Source of the DNA: Rhizaria sp. SCN 62-66
Lineage: Eukaryota
Length of the DNA: 41,679 bases
Direction: 5' to 3'
Assembly: GCA_001724265.1 (NCBI GenBank)
Contig: MEDY01000273.1
Coordinates: forward strand, 1-41,679
Shown here: positions 21,335-33,189 of the stretch, piece by piece
Position numbering within the stretch: position 1 is the first letter of the stretch
Layout: each line of letters begins with the position of its first letter
Program-made: the position numbers and the translations under genes
Notes under the pieces: model-generated
Told to the model about the DNA's origin: nothing
Databases searched by the model: none
The model's input: the letters and a program-made list of their open reading frames with translations, nothing else

Positions 21335-23723
21335 TTAGGCGGTGCCCTTGGTCTGCTGCTCGACGAGCGCCTCGATCTCGCTCTCGTTGGCCAGCACCTG
21401 CGCGCGCGCTGCCCAGACCCGCGCGCGGACCTCCTCAAGCCCGGTCTCGGCCTGCGCGATGAGGTCGTGCAGCCCCGCCAACGCGCGCTCCGTGGCACGC
21501 TTCTCGCTGGCGAGCTGCGCGGTCGCCTCGGCCGCCTGTCGCTGCCAGCCAGCCAGCTCGCGGCCCATCTCCTGCAGGTCCGTCGAGACGAACGCGGCGC
21601 TCTTGCCGACGGGCAGCACGCCCTGGCACAGCCGCTGCACGGCGCGCCGCAGGTCCTCGGTCTGCTTGCCAGTGTACACCGCGCCCGCCTTGCGGCCCGT
21701 GGCCACGCGGCCGAGTCGCGGCCCGCCCGCCCCCGCGGCGTCGGCGTCGTCGGCATGCTGGGCCATCGCGGCCTTGATCTGCCGCACCAGCTGCCCACTC
21801 TCGCCGTTAGCCGCAGACGACACCAGGTCGGCGTACTGCTGCTGCGGCTGGCCGGCCTTGTTGCCGCCGCCGAACCCGGCGTTCTCGTTGCTCAGCGCGC
21901 CGCCGCTGCCGCCGCTGCTGCCGCTGCCGCCGTCGCCGTCGCCGTCGTCGTCATCCGCGCCCGCGCCGTCGCCCTCGCGGAGCACGCCGAGCCTCAGCCC
22001 GCCCGCGGCCGCTGCTCCGCCCGCCGCGCCGGCGCCCGCGGCCGCGCCCGCGGCGGCCGAGGCAGCGGCGGCGGCGGAGGGCGCCTTGGGCGGCGCGCGG
22101 CGCGCCGTCTGCATGCGGCCCAGACCGCCTTTGCCGCCCAACGAACCGCCGCCGCCGGCCGCACCAGCGCCCGCGCCGGCGCCGATAATGATCGCGGCGG
22201 GGCCCACTGAGGTCAGCAGACGCACGCCGTTGGCGTCGACCTGGGGCGCCGCTGCAACGGGCTGCTGCGGCAGCGGCTGCTGTTGAGGCTGGATGAGCTG
22301 CTGCGGCTGCTGGAACTGAGGCTGTGGCTGCTGCATAGGCTGCTGCATAGGCTGCTGCTGCTGCATAGGCTGCTGCTGCTGCTGCTGGAACTGCTGCTGA
22401 GGCTGTTGATGCTGTTGTTGCTGTTGCTGCTGCTGGACGGCGGGGACCGGGGCCGCGGCAGGCGCGGGGGCGTCAACGGTGTGGTGGAAGTAGAGCCCGG
22501 CCGGCACGGCGGGGCTGGCGTAGGGCAGCGCGCCGCCCTGGGTAACCGTGAGCACGTCGGCCGGGGAAGTGCCCGACGCGGCGACCTGGGGGGTTGGGAG
22601 ATTTAGCAAAACCAGACGATAGAAGCACAAGAGAAAGATAACATAAGACAAATATGCAAGAAACTAAGTATAATCATGGTTTACACGTGAACATAAAATA
22701 TACAAGTGAACGAGTAAAACTACAGCTCGCTACAAAGTAGTCTGATTTGTTGCCATTGCATACCTGCGCGAACCTCTGGAGGAGGACGTTTGTGGCGGGG
22801 GCCTCCTTGCCGGCGAGGATGTTCCGCGGGTCGATCAGCCCCGTGAGCCCGGCGTCGCCTGAGCCGGCCACGGTGTATGCCACGAGCTTGTTGAGCCACC
22901 CGGCGCGGTCGCCGGCAGCGCCGGGCTTGAAGTTGTCGGCCACCAGCTCGTCCGCGCTGTAAAGCCCCACAGCGTGGCCGGTGGCGGCCGAGATTGCGAG
23001 CACAATATCGAACAGGTACCGGAACGGTGGCTTCTCCAGGTACTTGGCCGCGGGGGCGGGTTTGGCGCACAGCGGGGACAGCAACGCGATCGAGTCCGCG
23101 ATCACGTCCGCGCCCGTCGGCGCCGGTAGCGGGAACGGGGACGAAGTCACGCGGAAAGGACCGAAAAAAGCGCCACCAGCACCGCCACTGCTCGCCTGCT
23201 GCTGTTGAGGCTGCGGCTGCTGCATGACAGGCTGAGGCTGCTGAGGCTGCTGCTGCTGCTGTTGCTGAGGTTGTTGCTGAGGCTGCTGTTGCTGCTGTTT
23301 CGTGACGCGGACAGTGCCGGGCGTAGCGCCAGAGTTGACCGCGTTAATAACGGCGTTCATGTCGAGGTCGTTGGCGCGCGCGGCGGCCTGCGCAAGGCAC
23401 TGCAGCAAGTAGTTGGTCTGATGGCACTCCTTGCCGGCGACGACGTCGAGCGCGCTCGAGTCGATCTTCTGTCCCACGGCGTGCTCGACGGCCGCGCGGA
23501 GCCGGTCCCAGAAGGCCATTTTATCCTCCTTGGCGGCCAGCGTGGCGTGGTCGAGCTGCTCGGGTGAAAAGAGCCCCGCGGGGAAGCCGGTAGCGGCGAG
23601 CAGGTTGGTGACGATGTCGTGCAGGAAGCGGAACGGCGGCCGCTGCAGCAGCGCGTCCTTGAGCGCAGGCTTCGCGATCAGGGGACCCAGGAGGTCCTGG
23701 GTCGCTTTCGTCCACTCGGTCAT
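21335..23723 (-). CDS. TRAF3IP1: IFT54 / TRAF3IP1 (MIP-T3), ~736 aa, two CH-like domains plus C-terminal coiled coil; exons 23723-22764, 22585-21335
   Basis: KPALKDALLQRPPFRFLHDIV and VVAGKECHQTNYLLQ are typical of the MIP-T3 CH domain. The C-terminus has GQLVRQI...LRRAVQRLCQGVLPVGK...DLQEMGRELAGW...AQVLANESEIEALV. Phase-0 intron 22763-22586. Confidence 0.9.
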
Positions 23724-24417
23724 CGGGGCGGGGCGGGAGCGCGCGGGGGCTGGGACGGAGACGACAGGGGCTGAAGCGAAGGGTCGAACGAAAGTGTCGG
23801 AAGTGGCGGTGTTGGGGAGAGGAGGAAACTATTGGGTGGAGAGAGCGGGAATATGTGTGCGTTCAAGTGTTAATAATAAAACAAATGTTGTTACCAAGCT
23901 TCATATACACTGGTTGTAGTAAATATGCGTGACAGTTTGAATGGATGCGGGGCGAGAGCGAACAAATTCAAATCTCACTTGGGTGCTGTCCGTTGAACCA
24001 GCGGGTTCAGAGCGACGGGAAACTACGCGACGGAAGCACTATGATTAAAAACATAGATAGAGTTCGTGGGCGAAAAATATATAGTTGAACTTGTTTGCAC
24101 TTTGATGATGAGACGGAGGCGCTAGACACTGGCTACTCCGGTCTGCAGCCGTTGGCCTTGCTGTTTCTCTGTCTGGCTGCTCTCTGTGTGTGGTCGCAAC
24201 TGGGGACTGGCTGCATGCTGAAGCGATGGGAACGGGAAACAGTGATAATAATCGATGTGTATTGATTCGGGTGTAATTAAAAATACAAAAATTAGATGGC
24301 TCGACGTCAATAAATATGCACAAGAGCGACAAAAATACATTATGAAACTTATTAAGTGCTGAATCTCGTGAAAGACGGACGAACTCGTGACTGTACAAAG
24401 CAGCAGCACGCCCGCGC

Positions 24418-27221
24418 TTACTGGTAGTGATACTGCGGCTGCTGCGGCTGGTACTGCTGCTGCTGCAGCTGCTGCTGTCCGTTGTAGCCGTAGCCCTGAG
24501 CGGCGGACGGCGCGTAAAGGTCCTGCTGCTGGTGCTGCGTCCCGTCGGCCACGGCCACGGCGACTGGGACCACGTTGACCACGTTGACACCGCCAAAGCC
24601 GCCGCTGCCGCCGCCGTTGCCCATGCCGTTGGCGTCGTAGGCGTGCGCCAGGTCGCGCGCGTGCTGCGCTGCGGCCGCGGCCTCGCAGCCGATACGCCGT
24701 TCCTGCTCGACCATGCTGCCCGCGGAGCCCGCGCTGGCGCCCGCAGTGCCGCCGCAGCACAGCGCGAGCGCGGCGTAGATGGCGGCGTCGTGCACGCGCG
24801 CCGCGCGGGGCTGCACCACGTCCGCGGGCCGCTCCACTACGGAGAAGTATCCGTTGACGGCCTGAGACACACATGCAAGAGCGCAAGAGAGATGGCGAGA
24901 GAGCAAGATGAGAGCGACAAGGTAAAATGAAGGTTGTGAGAGATAGTCCGCATCAATTTAAGTAACATATTTATCAAATTGAAGAATTATAAATGAGATC
25001 CTTTTCAGAAAGCAACTGAGTAAAATAGTTCGCATCTCAATTGACATAACACACGTACCGGTGACTTGCCCAGCGGCTGTGCAAACCGCAGGCCGATGAC
25101 GGCGACGACCATGACGGCAACGTACATGCCGTGGAAAGACTCGCCGAGGTACAGCGCGTCTTGGTAGGCGGCCGACACGATGAGCACGACCGGGATGGCG
25201 GCCATCATGCCCACGGTCAGGGCCAGGCTGTGGCGGCGGCCGGCCGCGAAGGCGATCAGCACGGTCGCGGCCACGGACGAGAGGATGTTGAACACAGCGA
25301 CCAGGAAGGCATCATCGGCGCCGTAGCGCCAGTACATGTCGAGCTCGCGCAGAAAGTCGTCCAGGTTGTACACGCCAGTCTGCAGCCCGAACGCGGCCGT
25401 GAGCGAGAGCGGCAGCAGGAGGCACTGCAGCGCGCTCGAGAGCAGCTGGAACGCCGCCGGGTTTGGCCGCCCGCCCTGCCGCCGCTCCACGGCCGTCTGC
25501 GGCAGCGCGAATCCCGTGCTGGGGCCCCCGCGCGCGGCGGTGAAGACGTAGCTGCGCAGCAGCAGCGCGGCGACGGCTGGCACGGCCGCCAGCAGCAGCA
25601 GGCAGCAGGAGCGCACGGTGCCGGGCGAGACGATCCAGTCCGATTGCGACTGCGAGTGCTGCTGCCGGTCAGAGAGGAACACGGTCCCCCACACGATGGC
25701 GGCGCCGGAGAGGCCAGCAGCGAAGAAGTGGCGCCGCGCGAGCAGACGCGCACCGGGCGTGCCAGGGACGGGCGCGGGCGCGGCGGGGCAGCCCGCGGGC
25801 AGCGGGTGCAGCGCAGGGATGGCCACCGTCAGCATGTACAGAATGCGGGGCGCCTTTGTTGTGCAAAAGCAACAGCAGAATGAGAAAGTCAGTGCGATTT
25901 GTGAGGATTTGGCAGAACGTTTCATCATGAATTGATTTAAGTGCAATTAGTCATGTGAGAGTTAAAAATAATTCTGACTTTCCGGTTTAAATATGCAAAC
26001 CTTGATTTAAACAATATGTCTCATATATTAAGTGTGTTATATAGGGACGCATACCTGTGCCAAGACGGGGATGAGCGCGAGGGGCGTGTACTGAGAGCCT
26101 GCGCACACGAGGAACGTAGTCAGCAAGTCGAGCACGGCCAGCACGGCCTGGAGCACGACGTATCCGGGCGTGAGTGCGCGGCCCAGGTGCTTAAGGGCCA
26201 GCGCGGCACCTGCCGCCGTCTCCTCCGCCACGACACCGCTGCCGTTGCCGTTGGCGTCGCCGCCGCCGCTGTGGGGGCCCACGGCGCCCTCCTCAAGTTG
26301 CACGTAGCTGCTGCTGTTGGCGCCGTACCGAGCAACGTTGTTGTTGTTGTTGTTGTTGTTACTGACGTTGGCGCTGTTGTCTGCGCCGGGGTTGCCTGGC
26401 GCGGTGGTGGCGATGTCGCCGGTGAAACTGCAGTACCCATCGGCGAGCCACACGATAACGGCGCCGATAAAACCCGCGGCCGTGGTCACCAGTGCCGTCA
26501 GCGCGATGTTGTTGGGCAGGTAGCCGAAGACGAGGAGCTTGCGCGTGGTCGTCTCGCCAGCGATCAGCAGCGCAAGGACGAAGCAGATGACGGCCGCCTG
26601 CGAGGCCTGCACCGTCGGCGTCACGGGCGCGTCCGCGGGGGGCGTCAGCCGCACGGGCTGCCCGTGCGGCGGCGGCGGCGGCTGCTGCGGCTGCTGCTGG
26701 GGCTGGAGGTACGGCGGTTGTTGCTGCGACGGCGGGTACGGCGGGGACTGTTGGTACGGCTGGGGCGGGGCGTACGCGCCATAGTGCTGAGGCGGGGGCT
26801 GGTGATGCTGCTGGTAGGCCAGATCGTGGTACATCGGGGGCGCGTGCTGCCCGGCCGCAGACGGCGGCTGCTGCGGCGGCTGCGGCTGCTGCAGTTGCGA
26901 GCCGTAGGGCTGGTACTGGTACTGGTGCTGGAGCTGGGCGTGAGGCACGGGGACCTGCGCCGGCGGCACCGAGGCCGGGCCCGTGGGGAGCGCGTTGGCC
27001 GTGTACTGCGGGTGCGACAGCGTGAACCCGGGGCTCACCATCGGGTTCGCGCCCCCGGCCGCGGCGCCGGCAGCGCCCGCGGCGCCGTGGCCGGAGTTGT
27101 TGTAGCCTTGGGGCGCAGGGGTCTCCGCGATTGCGCTGGCGTACGGGATCTCGCGGGGCTTGCGCGGAGGGCTGGAAGAAGTGTCCGGCTCGCTCTCGGA
27201 AGACGACGAGTCGGAAATCAT
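24418..27221 (-). CDS. Multi-pass membrane protein, probably a divergent CRT-like/DMT-superfamily transporter with Pro/Gln-rich termini, ~801 aa; exons 27221-26055, 25853-25059, 24861-24418
   Basis: About 10 hydrophobic segments. LDLLTTFLVCAGSQYTPLALIPVLAQ, LARRHF...GLSGAAIVWGTV and LLAAVPAVAALLLRSYVF resemble remembered CRT-like motifs. Two phase-0 introns; the first uses an AAG acceptor with a CTGAC branch-like site ~35 nt upstream. Confidence 0.55.
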
Positions 27222-28734
27222 CCCGATGGGTCTGTGTCGCGTCAGGGAGGGCACAAAAACCAAAGCGGATTAGCGTCAAGGAAGGGTGTGAGACTCGAAG
27301 AGACTCTACGTGATAAACATGTGATTTTCACGTTAATATCATTTAGCAATATAATAGCTTTCTTAATAGTCTGAATTAAAGCAAACTTAAACAAGAATAA
27401 CGTGTCTGTGTCTCGAAAGACTCGCATTTAATCAGCTCGGCCTAGAGCCTTTCTCTAACGACGAAGACGACGTAGACTTGGAGTACGTCAAAAATCGTGT
27501 GTGGTGATCTCACAAAATTGAGTCGTGTTCCATACCATCAGTTTTGGTGTGGTTAAAACTGGGATACACCCTAAGCAAGACTATTTACTCTTTTGAAATT
27601 GACTTCAATTGCAAAAATCTTCAAACTGGGCAAAGATATTCGTTCACTTGTCAACTTGAAGCCTCGACTTAAACGTGGCCAACACCTCCTACAATTAATA
27701 AAAGCGAAGGTGTGTTTGTCACTTGTATTTTTCTCAAGTTGTGCCTTTTATTTTAGCGCCGATTATGATCCATTACTTGTTCATGACCAAAAAAGACACG
27801 CAGTGCCTCACAGAAGGGCAGAGACGTCGCTTTCCTGCACAGCAGGTCTTGAAGTCCTAGAGCTCCTGATCATCAGAGGGCGACTGTCGACTCCTCGCAG
27901 GAAGGAGGGGTCACGCACAACGTGGTCAGCAGGCACCGCGTCGTGCAAGATTACTGGACATGGCTTGAAAGACGACAAACCATAACATGTCATTCTTGTC
28001 ACGAGTTTCGGCCATCACGCTGCGAGCACATCAGCACTGCGCCGGCTGGGTACATTATCAATGAGTCGTGTGCGCCCGCATCTTTAACAGATGTGTATAC
28101 GCAGTCAAGCGCTTCAGACAACATGCAAAGCCAGATGTGTTGACGATGTCATTCTCTCATGGTGTTGTTCCAACAGCTAATCCAACCACAAAAACAAAAA
28201 GTATTGATGCAGCTACCAAGAGATCTAACCATGAAACAACATAAGACCATGTCAAATCTCTGCCACATAGATATCAATTTTCGGAAATAGCAATCAAAAA
28301 CGAAAGACTAGCAGGGGGTGTCACCGCAGCGCACGAACAGCTGAGACTTACGGAGAGGGCGTACGGTAATGGGTGTGAGACATCTTCATTTATAAGCATG
28401 ATATCATCCCACTGGTGGATTGATAAACTTGAAATAACAATCTAGCGTACTTATATTAACACCGGACCATCGAATATATCAATTTGGAGCTCATATCTGA
28501 AGGTTCTGACCAGCTTTGCGTTCGGGAACAAAGTCGGAACACTTGATGCTGTGACGACTGGTCAGCGAGTCGAAACTGAGAAACGGCGAGGACGAGGCAT
28601 TCTTTGCAAGGCAGAACATCGCTCATATCTCCGTCTCTGAAAATGAAAGTTGATAATTCGGATGACCTACAGTGTATTAATTTAAATTATATTAACAACA
28701 CTCACTTATATGTTTGTTATCCCTTGCAGGTCGC

Positions 28735-31403
28735 ATGTCAACGCGCCGCGCCAGTGTGACCTTCTCCGAGGCCGCCCCTGCGCCCCGCCAGGCGCCTCCC
28801 CAGGTCTCTCTCGACACCCCCGGCGTTTCCTTGTCCGATTCTCAGCTGCGCAGTCTTTCCCCAACCTCTCAGCGCGCGATCGACGACCTGGGCCTCGCCC
28901 CCAACGACCTGGTGTCCCTCCCGCTCGAGTCCTTCGCGGCCCCCGGTCTACCCGAGCCCATCCAGCTGCTGCGCGCGCAAAACCGCGAGGCAGAGCGCCT
29001 GCTTGCGCTCGCCAACGTTGTGCAGCACCGCGCCGCGCTGCTGTCGGGCCGCCACAACCTCATGTCGGGCTCGCTGTCCAAGATCCCGCTCTCGATGATC
29101 GCGCAATCGCACACCACGTCGCCCACTCGCGTCGGCGCAAAGAGCGCAAGGAACGCGCACAACAACAGCAACGGTAACGCGGGCTCTCACGCGAACTCGC
29201 TGTCTCTTACGATTCCGCTGCCGAACCAAGTCCACTACGGCGCCTCCACGTCAGCAGCAACCGGCGCCGTGCCCGGGCTGCACAACAGAGGGCGCAGCGG
29301 CAGCGTCACCGCGTTCGGCCCGGACTCCCCGGCCCCCTATAGTAGCAACAGCTCCGGCGGTGCCGCTGGCGGCTACGGCCCGGCCCCGCGCCCCGCGACC
29401 GCTGCCGCTGGCTTTGGCGGCGGCAACCACAACAACGCTGCCTCCGGCCCGTCGCAGTCATCATCCTCGTCAACCTCTGGGACGGCAACGTCGACGTTGG
29501 TGTACAGTGCGCGGCTGACCGACCCGCACCGCGCGCTGCTGGAGCAGACGCAACGCGTGCTTGACCGCGAGCGCGCCTCGGTGATGCGGCGGCAGCAGCA
29601 CGCCATCGCGCAGCTGCACCGTGCCAGCGCCGTTGCGGCGGAGGCCGAGGAGAGCGAGCGACGCGCGCTCGAGAAGCGGACGCAGTCGTGGATGCAGCGT
29701 AAGGTGGAGCTGGTGCTGGACGCGCAGGAGGCCGAGCAGGACCGCAACGAGAAGCGCACGCGCGTGCAGAACATGGACCGCGCGCGCGGCAAGGCGCTCA
29801 GGGCCAACATGGACGCCGGTGACACCGCAGTCGCAGAGAGGCTTGCCAGGTACGACTATCAACACAGAATATATGTGATGTTAAAATTATATTGGCAATA
29901 TAATGTCGTAGCATGTATACTTCATTTGTGTATTGATCTTTTTGTTCTTATTAACACGTCCTCATCTTTGTCTGCATTTCACCTGTTTTGTGTGTTTGGC
30001 TTCCTTTTTCGCAGGCGCGACGCGGCGCGCGCCGAGTGGCAGGCGCAGCGGCGCGAGGAAACGGACCGGCGTCTGGCCGAGGCGCGCGCACGGCAGGCTG
30101 AGGCGGAGCTGGCGCACGAGCGCCACGCAGAGGAGCTGATGCACCACACGCAGGCCCGGCTCGATGCGGGGCAGGCGCGCGCGCAGGAGCACGCCGCGCG
30201 CCACAGGGAAAAGTACCAGGTACGCTTCGCTCTACAAATTCACAACACAACATGCGCACCCATTAGTCCTTAACCGATATCTCCAACTTGAAGAATCAAG
30301 AATACGCGTCTAAAATTGACGACACCGGTATGCCTTAATGCGTCCATGTATCGTCAATATAATCTCTCACGTTGTTCCTGTGCTCTCTCTTTACTGTTCC
30401 AGGGCGTTGCCGAAGTGAAGCAGCAAAAGGTCCTCGCGCGCGACATCACCATGTTCGCGCAGTCCGCGCGCGCCCGCGAGGCGCTCTCCGCGCGCGACGC
30501 CGCGGCCCGCGCGCGCGTGGCGCTGGACCGCGCGTTCACCGACGCCGCGCTGGCCGAAGAAGGCAAGGAGCGTGACCGCCGGCGCTTTTACGCGCTGCAG
30601 ACGCAGATGGGGATCGAGATGACGCGCCGCGCGAAGGTCGACGCGCTCGATGACATGTGGGCCCAGCCTAACGAGGCGCTCGACGCAGCGCGCGCGGCGC
30701 GGGAGGAAGAGATCAGGGCCGTGCAGGAGCAGAGGCTGCTGCGCCAGGAGCGCGTCCTTCGCAACCAGGTACAAGTTCCAACAATCTATACTTTAAGTTA
30801 GAAAACCGCTTCATGTCAAATGATTGCTTCATCTTTGTCTGAATTTGTTTGTATTGTATGTTTTTTGTTTTTCATGTTTGATTTCACTCACATCTCTCTT
30901 CGCAATCTAATTGGTTGCTGCTTTTCCTTATCCCTCTCACAATCTCGCTGCAGGAGCGCCGCGGTCGCCAGGAAGAGCGCGCGGCCGATCTGCTGCGGGC
31001 GCGGCTTGCGGCCACGCAGGCCCGCCTCGGCGCGATGGAAGAGGAGCAGCGGCTGTTCGAGCGCATGCAGCAGGAGCAGCGGCGCGAGGTCTTCGCCGAG
31101 ACGGCCGCGTTCCGCGACGGCTATCACACGCTCCGCATGCGAGGCAACGTGGACCGCATCGCGGCCAACGTCGCGCAACTGCAGGCGCGCCACGAGGCCG
31201 CCGCCGCGGCCGGCGAGGGCGGCGGCGGCGACGCCGCGGGGGGCATGCGGAGCACGGCGACGGCGACGCAGCAGCAGCGAGGGGGATCGGTCTATGGTGG
31301 CTCGACCTCCGGCTACAGCAGTGCTCGCGGTAGAAGCAGTGGTGGCAGTGACGCGGCATACGTGCGCAACGCAATGAGCAAGTACAAGACTGGAAATGTG
31401 TGA
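28735..31403 (+). CDS. Hypothetical Glu/Arg/Ala/Gln-rich coiled-coil protein, ~711 aa, possibly cytoskeletal or ciliary; exons 28735-29849, 30015-30219, 30403-30768, 30954-31403
   Basis: Three GT-AG introns join the GC-rich ORF segments in frame to TGA at 31401-31403. The product has long charged helical stretches and an N-terminal SPTSQRAIDDLGLAPNDL segment. Confidence 0.75.
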
Positions 31404-31808
31404 AAAATGTTTTACGGCGCTTATATACCGAATTTTTTTTTAATGTAATTGTAATTTGACGCGTTGAAGTTAAGATATTTGTGATCTTTTGTGTCCACCA
31501 CAAACGCCTTTTGAGGGCCTTGGCCTCTCGACCAAGAGAATCCAGCTAATCACCCTCGATCCGAAAGCTCTTATTCTACGTACAACTGACCTACGTAGCG
31601 CATAAAATCCCCCATTTTCGACATTTTGCTTGCTTTTTAAGTATTTGTTAAATTGTATCACACTCCAAGTGTTGATCTTACCCGTTTTCTGCGTCTGCAT
31701 TTTTGGTGTCTCCTTCGTCCCCCAATCCCAGACCGAGTCTTTCCGCACCTCAAGCGCATCCCCGACATTGCAGCAGCGTTCTGACATTGTATCTGCCTTT
31801 TTTGCCAA

Positions 31809-33158
31809 ATGTCTCAACCGTCCAACCGCCCCCCGTGGCTCATCGACCCCGCACGTGTGTCTCATGAGCGCCAAATCGGCCAAGGTGGCTTCGCGACCGT
31901 CTTCGAGTCGATTCTCTCCCCGCCTCTCCGCGGCGCCAGCACCGTCACCAACACCGGCACCGGCGCGGTCGCCAACAGCGGGTCCGTGCGCGTCGCTGTC
32001 AAGCACGCGACACACCTGCACGTGCTGGTTGAGTCTGCGCTGAACAAGTTCCGCCAGGAGGTCGACCTGATCTACCCGCTCAACCACCCCAACATCGTCA
32101 AGACCCTGGGCGCGTGCGTGAGCCACAAACAGAACATGATCCTGCTGGAGCTGCTCGACGGCTCGCTCCAGGACGTCATCTCCATTACAAACCCGGCGAA
32201 CCAGCGCAACAATGACTTCGACTTCGAGGAGGTCAACTACGACGACGACAACAGCCCGGCCGCCAACAACAAGTCCAAAGGCAAGGCCAGCCCTCCTCCG
32301 CTGACGCCACTGCCGTGGGGTGCGCGCATCGCGCTGCTGCTGCAGATTGCCGACGGCGTCGCGTACCTGCACAGCCAGCACGTTATCCACCGCGACCTCA
32401 AGGCCGCGAACGTGCTGGTGGACCGCTCACTCACCCCCAAGGTCTGCGACTTCGGGCTCGCGATGACCAAGACGTCCAGCTCGCTCTCGCACGCGCGCGA
32501 GAGCAACGCCGTCGGCACCGTGGCGTGGATGGCGCCCGAGGCCTTTGCGGGCAAGTACTCGTACCTAACCGACACGTGGGGCTTCGGCTGCGTCGCCGTC
32601 GAGCTCATCACCTACGACACGCCCTTCGCGCGCATGTCGTTCCCCAACGCTAAGGTCCTGGAGGAGTACATCCGCCGCCAGGAGGCCCCCGCGGCCGCCA
32701 GTGCGCGCGGCAGTGCCGCCGCCTTGGCCGTGTCGCGGCCCGACGTCGGCCTAGACGACATCGCCACCTCGGACTCGGTCGAGAACTGCTGGTCCCTGTC
32801 GGAGGGCATGTCGGCCTCCCCGTCCGACGGCTGCCCGGCTGAGCTGGTCAAACTCGTGCACCGCTGCTTCGCGCGTGCGCCTGAGCAGCGGCCCAAGATG
32901 AGCGAGGTCGCCGAGGAGCTGTACAAGCTTTACACGCGCTACAACCCCGCCGACTCGGGGTGCTCGCTGACGCAGAAGCAGGCCGACGACATCGCCGCCG
33001 CGCTCGCCGCTCGCCGCGACAAGCACGCCCGCGCCGTCGACCCCGAGGTGAAGCGATTCATGGACGCCGCCAGGGTCGAGGCACAGGCGCGCGCCGCCAA
33101 GACCGCGGCTGTAATGGATTCCAACGCGGCCAACGGCGGCAGCCGGCCGGCCACCCGC

Positions 33159-33189
<31 letters not shown>

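Noticed and set aside
24122..24421. Possible extra intron at the CRT-like stop (CA|GTAAGC) with a further 3' exon
   Set aside because: The candidate downstream exons lack the GC-rich codon bias and any motif, and GTAAG is not used by other donors here. The stop at 24418-24420 is the simpler reading.
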